Source of the DNA: Pirellulales bacterium
GTDB lineage: Bacteria > Planctomycetota > Planctomycetia > Pirellulales > PNKZ01
Assembly: GCA_036268995.1 (NCBI GenBank)
Contig: DATATB010000137.1
Span: 55,164-119,163, forward strand
DNA: 64,000 nt
Direction of reading: 5' to 3'
This document shows positions 10,378 to 20,171 of the stretch, piece after piece (the first letter of the stretch is position 1; each line of letters opens with the position of its first letter). A program made the position numbers and the translations under genes. The notes beneath the pieces are model-generated. The model worked only from the letters and a program-made list of their open reading frames with translations. It was not told the DNA's origin and ran no database searches.

Positions 10378-12330
10378 ATGAGAGCTTTGTTGGGAGTGCC
10401 GATAATCGCTGTCGTGGTCGCAGCGTTCTCGGCCAACACGGCGGATGCCCGCTGGTGCGGAGCCGCCAATTACAAGTGTTGCGCCGCGTGCTGCGACACG
10501 ACTAGCTATGCCTGCTGCAAGCAGCAGTGCTGCACGGTCATGAAGACGTGCCGGCAGGTCGTGTACGAAAAGCAGAACTACACCTGCTATAAGACCTGCT
10601 ACGAGAAGGTATGTGAACAGAAGACGCTGAATTGCGTCAAGTACGTCCAGGAGGTGGCCTATCGGACGTGCGAGTACACCGTTTGCAAGCCGGTCTACGA
10701 GACCCGCTACCGCACGGTGAACTACACCACCTGCAAGCCGGTCTGGGAAACCAAGACCCGCACGACTTGCTACACCGTCTGCAAGCCGGTTTGGGAAACC
10801 AAGACCCGGCAGTATTGCTACACGGTCTGCAAGCCGGTCTACGAGACCAAGACGCGGACCTACTGCTACACGGTCTGCAAGCCGGTCTACGAGACCAAGA
10901 CGCAGCAGATTTGCTACACCGTCTGCAAGCCGGTTTGGGAAACCAAAACCCACACCACTTGCTACACGGTCTGCAAGCCGGTTTGGGAAACCAAGACCCG
11001 GACCTACTGCTACACGGTCTGCAAGCCAGTCTACGAGACCAAGACGCAAACCCACTGCTACACGGTTTGCAAGCCGGTCTACGAGACGAAGACGCAGCAG
11101 ATTTGCTACACCGTCTGCAAGCCGGTCTGGGAAACCAAGACCCACACCACTTGCTACACGGTCTGCAAGCCGGTCTACGAGACCCACGAGCGGGTCTGCT
11201 ACTACACGACCTGCAAGCCGGTCTACGAGACGAAGACGCAGCAGATTTGCTACACCGTGTGCAAACCGGTGTATGAGACCTGCCAGCGCCAGATTTGCTA
11301 CACGGTCTGCAAGCCGGTCCACTACACCAAGACGATCAACGTCTGCTGCGGCCACTGGGATACCCGCGTGAGCGAGTGCCCGGGCCGGATCGTCACCAAG
11401 TGCGTCCAGCAGCCCGGCTGCTGGGTGTGGGATCCGTGCTGCTGCCGTTGCGTGTACAAGTGCGGCCCGTGCTGCAAGGTGCAGGTGCAGTGCCCGCCGA
11501 TCAAGACTTGCTGCCGAGTTTGGGTGCCCGAGGTCCAGACGCGGACGCTGAATTGCGTGAAGTACGTGGCCGAGACGGTTGTGAAGAACTGCCCGTACAC
11601 CGTCTGCAAGATGGTGGCCGAGCAGCGTACGAAGACCTGCAACTACACGGTCTGCCACATGGTCAAGGAATGCCACGAGAAGCGGATTCCCTACACCGTG
11701 TGCAAGATGGTGCCGGAGCAGCGTACGAAGACCTGCACTTACCAGGTCTGTCACATGGTGCCCGAGCAACGTACGAAGACCTGCAGCTACACGGTCTGCA
11801 AGATGGTCGCTGAGCAGCGCACCAAGAGCTGCAACTACACGGTCTGCCACATGGTGCCCGAGCAGCGTACGAAGACCTGCACCTACCAGGTCTGCCACAT
11901 GGTGCCCGAGCAACGGACCAAGACTTGCAACTATACGGTCTGCAAGATGGTCGCCGAGCAGCGCACCAAGACCTGCAGCTACCAGGTTTGCCACATGGTG
12001 CCCGAGCAGCGTACGAAGACCTGCACTTACCAGGTCTGCCACATGGTGCCCGAGCAGCACACGAAGACCTGCAACTACCAGGTCTGCCACATGGTGCAAG
12101 AATGCCACTCGAAGCAGGTGCCCTACTGCGTCTGCCACATGGTGGCTGAGAAGCACACGAAGCAGGTTCCGTACTGCGTCTGCAAGCCGGTGCACTACAC
12201 CAAGACCATCCAGGTCATGCGTTGTGTGCCGAAGCAGGTCGCCTACACGGTCACCCGCTGCGTGCCGAAGGTGATTTGCACGCAAGTTCCGGTGCAGGTT
12301 TGCTGCCCGAATCCTTGCTGCTGCCAATAG
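10378..12330 (+). CDS. Secreted cysteine-rich YTV-repeat protein (planctomycete YTV-domain family)
   Basis: ATG at 10378 preceded by GGAGGAGG SD; signal peptide MRALLGVPIIAVVVAAFSANTADA; ~12 repeats of CYTVCKPV[YW]ETKT(16-aa period), a central Cys-cluster (CCGHW...CCCRC...CGPCC), then ~12 repeats of TKTC.Y[TQ]VC[HK]MV[PA]EQR; 10273 start in the ORF table is an upstream extension. Confidence 0.8.
   Translation: MRALLGVPIIAVVVAAFSANTADARWCGAANYKCCAACCDTTSYACCKQQCCTVMKTCRQVVYEKQNYTCYKTCYEKVCEQKTLNCVKYVQEVAYRTCEYTVCKPVYETRYRTVNYTTCKPVWETKTRTTCYTVCKPVWETKTRQYCYTVCKPVYETKTRTYCYTVCKPVYETKTQQICYTVCKPVWETKTHTTCYTVCKPVWETKTRTYCYTVCKPVYETKTQTHCYTVCKPVYETKTQQICYTVCKPVWETKTHTTCYTVCKPVYETHERVCYYTTCKPVYETKTQQICYTVCKPVYETCQRQICYTVCKPVHYTKTINVCCGHWDTRVSECPGRIVTKCVQQPGCWVWDPCCCRCVYKCGPCCKVQVQCPPIKTCCRVWVPEVQTRTLNCVKYVAETVVKNCPYTVCKMVAEQRTKTCNYTVCHMVKECHEKRIPYTVCKMVPEQRTKTCTYQVCHMVPEQRTKTCSYTVCKMVAEQRTKSCNYTVCHMVPEQRTKTCTYQVCHMVPEQRTKTCNYTVCKMVAEQRTKTCSYQVCHMVPEQRTKTCTYQVCHMVPEQHTKTCNYQVCHMVQECHSKQVPYCVCHMVAEKHTKQVPYCVCKPVHYTKTIQVMRCVPKQVAYTVTRCVPKVICTQVPVQVCCPNPCCCQ
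10672..11340 (+). repeat. Tandem 48-bp coding repeat array A (approx. 12-14 units; CYTVCKPVYETKT units)
   Basis: Direct DNA repeats e.g. tacacggtctgcaagccggtctacgagaccaagacgc recurring every 48 bp; coordinates approximate. Confidence 0.7.
11590..12215 (+). repeat. Tandem 48-bp coding repeat array B (approx. 12 units; TKTC.YTVCHMVPEQR units)
   Basis: Direct repeats e.g. ctgccacatggtgcccgagcagcgtacgaagacctgca every 48 bp; coordinates approximate. Confidence 0.7.
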
Positions 12331-12394
12331 TGTGTGGGGTGACTGATAGCGTTCGTCCTCTTCTGACGGTCAGAGGAGGGCCTGGTTAGCAATC

Positions 12395-12440
12395 GCGGCG
12401 GCCGGTTCCCCTAAAAAGGAGCCGGCCGCCGTTTTTTATT
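12395..12440 (+). terminator. Rho-independent terminator after YTV gene
   Basis: 10-bp GC stem cggcggccgg/ccggccgccg with 16-nt loop followed by TTTTTTATT. Confidence 0.7.
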
Positions 12441-12499
12441 GGGTCGGTGCGGCAGTCGCACGCAGCGCATCTAGCCGCCGGCTTCAGCCGGCGCGGGGG

Positions 12500-12937
12500 C
12501 TACCCGAGCACGTTCGAATCGCCCAGCTCGGTCGGCGGCACATTCCAGGCCGCGTCAAACGACCAGGCGCCCGGCCCGGTCGCCAGCAGCGTCACCATCG
12601 CGGCCAACAGTGCCAGGTGGGCCGCCCCTAGCGACAAGCCGAGTGAAAACATTGCCGGGCTGCTCTTACCGTCGGTCCAATGCCCCAGCGCCGTGCAAAT
12701 CGTCAGCAACGCCAGGCCAGTTCGCGTTCGCCACCCCAGGGCCACGGCCAGCCCACCGAGGAACGCTAGTGCGATCCAGCAGCCCAACACCATGCCGGGT
12801 TGCGGTGTGCCGGCGAGTGCCAATTCCGCACTGTGCTCGTGAAAATGACGGAACCGGGCGGCCGCCGAAGACAGGAATACCAGTCCCAAGCACGCCCGGC
12901 CTACAAGCTGCACCAGCGGCTGCCAATGACGGCTCAT
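12500..12937 (-). CDS. DoxX family membrane protein
   Basis: 145 aa, four hydrophobic helices, DoxX-like pattern (GRACLGLVFL..., GGLAVALGWRTR). Confidence 0.6.
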   Translation of the reverse strand: MSRHWQPLVQLVGRACLGLVFLSSAAARFRHFHEHSAELALAGTPQPGMVLGCWIALAFLGGLAVALGWRTRTGLALLTICTALGHWTDGKSSPAMFSLGLSLGAAHLALLAAMVTLLATGPGAWSFDAAWNVPPTELGDSNVLG

Positions 12938-13122
12938 GGAACATGCCGGGGTGGATTCTGACGATTAGGATAACAGCGCAGCTCGTTCGCGGTCGGGACG
13001 CTTGCGCCTCCCACTCGCCGTCGGCCGCTGTATCAGCCTCGCAAAAAATCGGCAGCGAATCAAATGCTTTCGCGGCATCAAGGCGGCCGTTACTGCCCGA
13101 ATTGAGCAGGAGATTGCGTGCT

Positions 13123-14013
13123 TCAGGCCTGTTGCGGCGGTACTCGGACCTCGATTCGGCCATTGCGAACTCGGGTCTCGAGTTGCGGCTGGGCGATCGT
13201 CGCCGGGCCGTCCAGTACCCGGCCGGTCTCCAGGCAGAAGCGTGAACCGTGCCAGGGACAACGCAGACTGTTCCCTTCCAATTCGCCTTCAGCCAGCGGA
13301 CCACCGGCGTGCGAACAAGCGTTGGCCAGGGCAAAGATCCGCCCCTCGCGACGCACCAGCACGATCGACGCGCCATCGGCCTCGACGCATTGCGGCCGAT
13401 CGGGCTTGAGGTCGGCCTCGTCCAGCACGTCGACAAAGCTCTTGGGCAATTCCTCGCGCTTGGAATGATCGACGCCCACCTTGTCCTCATAGACCATTCG
13501 CCCGCCAAACCAAGCGCCCGCCAGCACCGTGCCGAAGCCCAGCAGGCCCAACGCGTGAGCCGCCGGCCGATTGCCACGGCGCCGCATGACCAGCGACGCC
13601 AGCATCAAACTCGCCCCCGAACCGTTGATCGCGGCGTGTATGATGCCCACGCGCCGGACCGGATTGTCGACATGCTGCCAATCGTTGAGGCCCGTGATCG
13701 CTGCGGATGCGGAGCCGACGAGGCCAATGGCCAGGGCCGCGTCGGCACCCGGGGCCAGGTCCGTGCGATCGGTCGTCATTTCGATCACGTCCAGGACCGT
13801 CGAGACCGTAAAGGCGCCCACCGGAACGTCGGAAATCGCCGCATGCAGCGGATGACCCAGCCAGGTGCCGTGCAAAAAGTTCCGCACCTTTCGCAGCCAA
13901 CTCGCTTTCGGAATGGCCACGTTGGCCACCGCGGTCAAGGCCGAGTCGACCGGTTCGAGCCAACTCTGTTGCGCCAAAGTCTTTTCGAGTGTCGGGGTCG
14001 CCATGAGACGCAT
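13123..14013 (-). CDS. Rieske [2Fe-2S] domain protein fused to an N-terminal multi-pass membrane domain (DUF2231-like)
   Basis: 296 aa; C-terminal Rieske boxes CSHAGGPL and CPWHGSRF; N-terminal half hydrophobic. Confidence 0.75.
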   Translation of the reverse strand: MRLMATPTLEKTLAQQSWLEPVDSALTAVANVAIPKASWLRKVRNFLHGTWLGHPLHAAISDVPVGAFTVSTVLDVIEMTTDRTDLAPGADAALAIGLVGSASAAITGLNDWQHVDNPVRRVGIIHAAINGSGASLMLASLVMRRRGNRPAAHALGLLGFGTVLAGAWFGGRMVYEDKVGVDHSKREELPKSFVDVLDEADLKPDRPQCVEADGASIVLVRREGRIFALANACSHAGGPLAEGELEGNSLRCPWHGSRFCLETGRVLDGPATIAQPQLETRVRNGRIEVRVPPQQA

Positions 14014-14182
14014 CTCCTGTGAATGCCCTTGGTAAGCCGGAGGGACGGCGCTGGTACGCCGCTTTGGAGACCAACAAGCAAATGAAATGCCGAACTGCTT
14101 AAGGCGAGCCGGGAGCGTCAGCGACCGGAGTAATCAAAGAGCTCCGGCCGCTGACGCTCCCGGCTCGCCGTGGATCAGTCGA

Positions 14183-17100
14183 TCATTGCGCGCCCGGTTC
14201 TAAGGCCGCGCCGGGCGATTGCGATTCGACGTCGACTGGCGCTCCTAGCGCCGGGCCGATTAGGATGTCGGCAGTGGCGGCGCTGGGCAGATCGGCAGGG
14301 GCGTCGGCTAGAGACCAGGTTTCGAGCCAGCGGGACCAGGAGATCTCGTTCTTGCCAAACAGGATCTTTTGCTGCTGGAGCACCGGCCCAAAGGCGATGG
14401 ACCCCGGCTCGATGGCGTGCGGCACTAGCGGATCGGGATCGCGCAGTGAGTACACGACGCGCCGGGACGAGTCGCCGGCGGGCCAGAGCACCAGGCCCGC
14501 TTCGCAAAGATCGAAGTGCGTGTCGGCCCCGATTTGCGATTGAATTTGCTCGCGCACCAGATCGACGCCGCTCATCTTGTAGAGACCGGCCAAGGCCTGG
14601 CTTACGAGCTGCATGTCGCCTGGCTCTAGCGCCGCAAGCCAGCCCACGCGCTCAATGCCCGCCAGCAGCCAGCCGGAAAGGTCGCAGAATTCCAGCCACA
14701 GGCTCTCCTGCTCGGGAATCGAGCCCAAGATTTCGATGCGAATGCTGTGTACGCCCAGCCGCACCTGGCCCACCGCCAGTTGGCCGCCATGCCAGCGCGG
14801 GCTGAGCTCGATGAGCGTAATGAACTCGCGCTCGATGAGATGTTTCACCTCTAGCCGCACGCGTTCCAGGTGGTCGCGTTGCTTGCGGACGCGGGTCCAC
14901 TTGGCGGTGATCTGAGCCTTGCGGTCGGCCCGTCGCAGCTTGGCGAAGACCTTCGACAGCGTGCCGGAATGAAACCCCGGCCGCAGCAATCGAATCATCG
15001 TTTCGCCCTTGTAGCCGACCATCACGGGCTGCAAATTGCGCGGGCGATTGGCGCCGTACAGTCGCCAATTCTCTTTGAGTTCCCAGACCAGAAAGCCGAA
15101 CACGCCGGGTAGCCCAAAGACCGTGGCGAATGCGGCCACGGTGCCCACCAGCGGCCCCAGTTGGGCCGTCATGAACTCGCCCATCTTTTCGATCGTGGGC
15201 AGCAGGATCTTGTGGCTGACCGTGACGACGGGAAAGTGCTTGATCGGATTGATCTGCGGCTCAACGAGCAAATTGACGCACAGCCGCACCACGTAGCTGA
15301 TCATGGCCCAGAGCACGCCGAGCACGGCCTTCGAGATCACCGTGGGCCGGCTCTCGCCGCTACGAAAGCGCAGCCATTCGTCCACGCTGTAGAGAAATCG
15401 CTCGACCCCCTCGAGAAATTGATGAAAGCTATCGGCAATCCAGCGAAACAAATTGGCAAAAACCCGCATCCGCAAGTGGTGCCAGCCGCGCACGGCCCAA
15501 TCGGTCACGAGTTCGTCGACGTCGCGCCCCAGCCGGGAATTGAGCAGTAGGTTCATGCTGACGAAAATGATTGCGTCGGTGCGCAACGTGATATTGTGCC
15601 GGGCGACAAGCGACAGAACGGCAATGAGCAGCGCGCTGAGTATCAGCGGCTTGAGCCCGTAACGGTGGAGCAGCCGAAACGCAGCGCTTTCGACAAAACG
15701 CCGGATCCAAGGCAGCCGCAGTGCCATGGCCGGCAGGTCTACGACCAGCCAGCGGGCAACACGATACAGGTTCAGAATGCCGGCTCGGCATGCGTCGCGG
15801 AATGCCGGATGATAGAGCAGCCCCAGCGTGAATAGGCCCAGCAGCAGCACCGAGCCGGTCGTGCAGAGCTCGACTGGGTTGGTGCCCAGCCGCTTGGCGG
15901 CCAGATCGATCAGGTGCTCGAGGGCATAGAGCACGATGAACGGGACGCCGAAAGGCAGAATCGCATAGCGCGTCAGGAACCTTCCCACCGGCGTGCCGAA
16001 AGCCAGCGAGCTGAGCGATTGCGGCAGCCGCAGATAGATCTCGCCGCGGCGGTAGACGCCGGCCAGCGCATTGGCCAGCCGGCGATCGGCTTCGAGCAAC
16101 TGATCGCCTGACAACAGGCTGCTGAAGCCGGGAAAATCGCGCAGCTTGAGATTATTGCGGCTGATCGTGTCCCGCAGGTCGCCCATCGCCAGGTATCCGC
16201 GATTGGTGATCTGGTCGAGCAGCTCTTCGACGACTTTGCGCTGCGCCACGCGCTCGGGCAGATTGCGAGGCACCAGGCCCACTTCTTCCAAAGTTGCCAC
16301 CAGCCGCGGACGCAGCACCTCGGCCATGCGAGCCTGGGTTCGCTGTTCGGCCGTTTCCAGCAGCGAGGCCAATTGCCGCCTGGCCGACGGCGAAATGCGC
16401 ACGCTCTTCAAGCGCCGCTCGGCCGCGTGCAAGTGCTTAATCATCAGCACCTCGCGCTGGCAGGGCACCGGCCGCTTCAGCGGTCGGCGGCCCCAGCTTT
16501 TCAGCCAGCCCAGCAAGTCGAGCGCGTACACGCCCCGCTCGTAGTCGACGCACACCTTCTGCAAGTCATAGAGCAGCCGGGCTTCGGCGGTCCAAATACC
16601 GCGTATGGCCGGCGGCAATAAGGCCGACAGGGCGTCGGCCCAGGCGCTGGTCCTCGCGTCCGGCGGCATGCCCAGGGTCGCCTCGAGCCGCTGCGTCAGC
16701 CGCTCGATGTCGTGCCGGGCTTCGCTGCGCGCGCTGCGGGCCAGCTTCGGCCCGATCACCAGCGCGGCTTGCCAGCGGACCATGGCCGAGCGGACGTGAT
16801 TGCCGCGGCTCCGCGCCCGATCGCCGCGCTCCATCAGCCGGCAATGGCGGCGCTCGGATTGCTTTTGCGGATGCACCGATTCGTCACCGAGGCGGAATCC
16901 CTGCCAGGTTTCCTCGTCGGCCGCTTCGTCTTCGTCGGGCTCTTGCGCGCCGGGCAAACGGGTTTCGGCAAAGATCGCGGCCGCATCGAGGTCTTCGGCC
17001 AGCAGTTCATCGACGGCCCGGCCCTGCTCGAGCGACGGAAAATAATCCGGCAGCAAGCTGGGCGCGAACCAGCGCAGCTCGAGGTACACCGCGGCAAATT

Positions 17101-17680
17101 CCACGTACGCCGAAGTCTCGTCGACCGGGGGCAGCAGCAAATCTTCTCCGCGAAGCACGCTGCGCGCTTCGTGAAACGGGATGGTTCCCAGCCGCTCGAT
17201 TCGCCGCCGCACGGCCGCCGCGTCCAGGTGGCCGGCCGCCGCCCGATCGTCCAGTGCAGCATGCACGCGGGCGTGAAACAGCAGCCGCCAATACTTTTGC
17301 AGCGCGCGCGCCCGGACCATCGTCGCCAGCACTTCGACCTCGGGCCGGCCAATGAGGATCAGCCGGTCGGGCAGTCGAGCCTCGGGCGACAGGTTCAGCT
17401 CCGAGAGATCGACAATCTTCAACAGCCGGTCGCGGGCGACAACATACGTCTTGCGGTGCGGAACGCGCAGGCCGGGACCGGCCACCTGTCGGTCCTGCTT
17501 GATGACGCGGCGCAGGATCCGGCCGGGCACGAGCAAAGCCTGCGGGTCGACGCGGCGCATGGCCGCCTCGAGCTCGGCAAGACTCACGCCCCAGACGCCC
17601 TCGGACTCGTTCACGGGGGACCAATGATGAATGCGGAATGATGATCGATGAATGACGAAAACGGCGTGACCCGATGGCAC
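14183..17680 (-). CDS. Large hypothetical membrane protein (1165 aa)
   Basis: Long ORF with central cluster of TM helices, no recognisable catalytic motifs; ORF starts at a GTG so the true start is uncertain. Confidence 0.5.
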   Translation of the reverse strand: MPSGHAVFVIHRSSFRIHHWSPVNESEGVWGVSLAELEAAMRRVDPQALLVPGRILRRVIKQDRQVAGPGLRVPHRKTYVVARDRLLKIVDLSELNLSPEARLPDRLILIGRPEVEVLATMVRARALQKYWRLLFHARVHAALDDRAAAGHLDAAAVRRRIERLGTIPFHEARSVLRGEDLLLPPVDETSAYVEFAAVYLELRWFAPSLLPDYFPSLEQGRAVDELLAEDLDAAAIFAETRLPGAQEPDEDEAADEETWQGFRLGDESVHPQKQSERRHCRLMERGDRARSRGNHVRSAMVRWQAALVIGPKLARSARSEARHDIERLTQRLEATLGMPPDARTSAWADALSALLPPAIRGIWTAEARLLYDLQKVCVDYERGVYALDLLGWLKSWGRRPLKRPVPCQREVLMIKHLHAAERRLKSVRISPSARRQLASLLETAEQRTQARMAEVLRPRLVATLEEVGLVPRNLPERVAQRKVVEELLDQITNRGYLAMGDLRDTISRNNLKLRDFPGFSSLLSGDQLLEADRRLANALAGVYRRGEIYLRLPQSLSSLAFGTPVGRFLTRYAILPFGVPFIVLYALEHLIDLAAKRLGTNPVELCTTGSVLLLGLFTLGLLYHPAFRDACRAGILNLYRVARWLVVDLPAMALRLPWIRRFVESAAFRLLHRYGLKPLILSALLIAVLSLVARHNITLRTDAIIFVSMNLLLNSRLGRDVDELVTDWAVRGWHHLRMRVFANLFRWIADSFHQFLEGVERFLYSVDEWLRFRSGESRPTVISKAVLGVLWAMISYVVRLCVNLLVEPQINPIKHFPVVTVSHKILLPTIEKMGEFMTAQLGPLVGTVAAFATVFGLPGVFGFLVWELKENWRLYGANRPRNLQPVMVGYKGETMIRLLRPGFHSGTLSKVFAKLRRADRKAQITAKWTRVRKQRDHLERVRLEVKHLIEREFITLIELSPRWHGGQLAVGQVRLGVHSIRIEILGSIPEQESLWLEFCDLSGWLLAGIERVGWLAALEPGDMQLVSQALAGLYKMSGVDLVREQIQSQIGADTHFDLCEAGLVLWPAGDSSRRVVYSLRDPDPLVPHAIEPGSIAFGPVLQQQKILFGKNEISWSRWLETWSLADAPADLPSAATADILIGPALGAPVDVESQSPGAALEPGAQ

Positions 17681-17740
17681 TCTATTTTATGCCATTCGCC
17701 CATCTGCAAGACAGAGCGCTTTGCCGCGGCGCTTGGCCGT

Positions 17741-19966
17741 TTAGCGCACCCGGGTGGGCAGAATGACCATCGGCAGCCCGGACCATTGCAACCGCTGTTG
17801 CAGCGAATACGCCGTTTGATTGTGCAGAAGCCGCTGGAACCAGGTGTCCTTCTGAAAGACCAGCTTGCCGGCAAAGAAGATCACTTTGGGAAACTGCTTG
17901 GAAATAGTCAGGCACAAATGTTCCAACTCGTCGACGGCGTCGGTGCCGATGCCCAGGTACTTGGCTGCCGGCATGCCCAGCCGATTGGCCAGATCGACGT
18001 AGCGATCCAGGGAGTTTTCGGCGTTTTGCTGCAAGTCTTCGACGGCGCCCACACCCTTGAAATTACCCGAATCCACAACCGCCACGCTGAGGAAAATCAG
18101 GCTTTTGAAATGCCCAGGCGCAAAGCGGATGGCGTTGAGCAGCGTGTGGACGCCCAGCCCGTTGTAGCCGCCGACCAGGATCGCGGCGGCGGGCAAAGCC
18201 GGGTCGGGCGGCATGGTGACGGGGTTGCCATACGAGCTGAGCTGGGTCAGCGTTTCGTCCAGCCGCTTGAGCCGGGCCACCACGCCGATGTAATGCTGCT
18301 TGACCGAGAGGCACAATCCAATCAGGCAGCCGGTGACCAGCAGCGTGCGCCACGCCCCCTCGTCGAACTTTTCGTAGATCGTCACGGCCAGGATCGACAC
18401 GCACAGCAGGGCCCCGCCGGCAAACAGCGCAAAACGGCGACGCCAGATCGGGTTGCTGTCGCGCACCGCCCACCAGTGGCGGCACATGCCGAGCATCGAG
18501 AGCGAAAACGTCAGAAACACGTTGATCGAGTACATCGTCACCAGCATCACGATGTCGCCGCCGGTATAGAGCAGCGCGGCCAGCGCGGCCAGGCCCATCA
18601 GCATGATGCCGTTGTGCGTGGCCAGCCGCTCGGAGAGGTTGGCAAACCAGTGCGGCATCCACGAGTCCTGGGCCATATTGGCCAGCACGCGCGGTCCGTC
18701 GATAAAGCCGGCCTGCGCGGCCACGATCAGCAGCGCGCCTTCGGCGAAGATCGTAATCAGCGTGAAGGCCTCGCCCGCCCAGTTGTTCATGCCCAGGCTG
18801 CCCATGAACTGCTCGGTGAGCACCAGGTTCATGGTTTTGCCTTCGCCGGCCTTGAAGATGTGCTGGATATCCAACAGCAAATAGGCCAGCATCAAGCCGC
18901 CCGCCGTCAGCGACAGCGACACGGCCATGTAGACCATGGTTTTTTTGGCGGTCAGCACGCGCGGCTCGCGCATGACGGGCATGCTGTTGCTCACCGCTTC
19001 GATTCCGGTATACGTTCCGGCACCCATCGAGTAGGCGTGCAAAAGCAAGGCCAGCATGGCCCACAAGCCGAAGTTCGGGTTATCGACGCTGGTGCGGACT
19101 TCGTGGCCCACGTGTTCGGCCACGGCAAAGGCGTCGGGAAGGTGCATCCCCAGCACGCCGACGATAATGAGTGCGTGCGTGATCAGAAAGATGATGAAAA
19201 TCGGCAGCAACACGATGACCGATTCTTTGACCCCGCGCAGATTAAGCAGGATCAGCACGACGATCGCCGCGACGTCGAAATAGATCTTCCATGGCAAAAG
19301 TGCCGCAGGTAGCAGGCCGAATAGCGCATCGCCGGCCGCGGCCACCGAGACGGTGATCGTCAGCACATAGTCGACCAGCAGCGCGCAGCCCGACACGACG
19401 CCGACGCGCGGGCCCAGCAATTTGCTGGCCACCAGGTAGCCGCCGCCGCCGCTGGGAAATTCTTCGATAATATGGCTATAGCAGGCCGAGATGACGATGA
19501 CCGTAAAGATCGTGGCCATCGACAGGAACACGGCCAGAAAGGCGTGCTTGCCGAGATTGTCGAAGGCCTCGGGCGGGCCGTAGCAACTGGACGACAAGCC
19601 GTCGGCTCCCAGACCGACCCAGGCCAGGAAGGCTACGAGCGTGACATGCCGAAAGATCGACTGATCGGCAATATCGCGGGGCTTGCCGATGATCAGGGTC
19701 TTGAGCTTGGCCTGAATGGCGGGCAATTTGTCGTCGTCCGCCGACTGACCGGGAGCCAGGTCGCCCAATGGTAAGTCGGGCACAGCGCCATTATCGGCCG
19801 GGGCACCATTGTCCGCCGGAGCGCCACTGTCCGCCGGAGCCCCGTTGTCGGCTGGCGCGCCTTCGGCCTTCGAGGGGGTACGCTCGGGAGCCGGCGCGCC
19901 CTTAGAATCACTTGCCCCCTGGCCCGCCGTGCCATCGCCCGTTTGCGTCGGTTTACCTGAACTCAT
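17741..19966 (-). CDS. APC-superfamily amino acid permease with C-terminal cytoplasmic domain; low-complexity GAPADN repeats at N-terminus
   Basis: 741 aa; ~12 TM helices with APC-like glycine-rich segments (FPSGGGGYL), N-terminal (GAPADN)x4. Confidence 0.65.
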   Translation of the reverse strand: MSSGKPTQTGDGTAGQGASDSKGAPAPERTPSKAEGAPADNGAPADSGAPADNGAPADNGAVPDLPLGDLAPGQSADDDKLPAIQAKLKTLIIGKPRDIADQSIFRHVTLVAFLAWVGLGADGLSSSCYGPPEAFDNLGKHAFLAVFLSMATIFTVIVISACYSHIIEEFPSGGGGYLVASKLLGPRVGVVSGCALLVDYVLTITVSVAAAGDALFGLLPAALLPWKIYFDVAAIVVLILLNLRGVKESVIVLLPIFIIFLITHALIIVGVLGMHLPDAFAVAEHVGHEVRTSVDNPNFGLWAMLALLLHAYSMGAGTYTGIEAVSNSMPVMREPRVLTAKKTMVYMAVSLSLTAGGLMLAYLLLDIQHIFKAGEGKTMNLVLTEQFMGSLGMNNWAGEAFTLITIFAEGALLIVAAQAGFIDGPRVLANMAQDSWMPHWFANLSERLATHNGIMLMGLAALAALLYTGGDIVMLVTMYSINVFLTFSLSMLGMCRHWWAVRDSNPIWRRRFALFAGGALLCVSILAVTIYEKFDEGAWRTLLVTGCLIGLCLSVKQHYIGVVARLKRLDETLTQLSSYGNPVTMPPDPALPAAAILVGGYNGLGVHTLLNAIRFAPGHFKSLIFLSVAVVDSGNFKGVGAVEDLQQNAENSLDRYVDLANRLGMPAAKYLGIGTDAVDELEHLCLTISKQFPKVIFFAGKLVFQKDTWFQRLLHNQTAYSLQQRLQWSGLPMVILPTRVR

Positions 19967-20171
19967 GTGCTTGCGCTATTCAAAAGTCCAGCGCGTGCTC
20001 CCTGGACTCATTCGCGGGGGGCCGGTGTTGCTAAGCTTGGCGGGATCGTTTCGGGCTTACGATCCCGAGCATTGCCAAGGCAGATTGTAGCTCGCCGGGC
20101 GGGATTTTCGATAGGGGGAGGCCCCCGTTGGAGGCAGGCGCGAGCCAGGCAGCGCTCCCGCGTGCCGTCTG

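Noticed and set aside
10600-12250. Possible CRISPR array suggested by regular direct repeats
   Set aside because: The repeats are 48 bp with no unique spacers and lie in-frame within a protein-coding gene. No cas genes are present.
10318-12327. 669-aa ORF on the minus strand mirroring the YTV repeat gene, plus the 10632..11276 and 11295..11813 plus-strand ORFs
   Set aside because: These are artefacts of the 48-bp tandem repeats in a high-GC gene. The translations are low-complexity (LADRVA/HHVAD repeats). The plus-strand frame has a signal peptide, an SD and a meaningful Cys-rich protein.
12666-13577. 303-aa minus-strand ORF overlapping the DoxX and Rieske genes
   Set aside because: It is an alternate frame of a high-GC coding region with no motifs. 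The Rieske and DoxX frames carry recognisable signatures.
18063-19064. 333-aa antisense ORFs inside the APC permease gene, and 20716..21627 inside amt
   Set aside because: The opposite-strand frames of membrane protein genes are Arg/Gly-rich with no domains.
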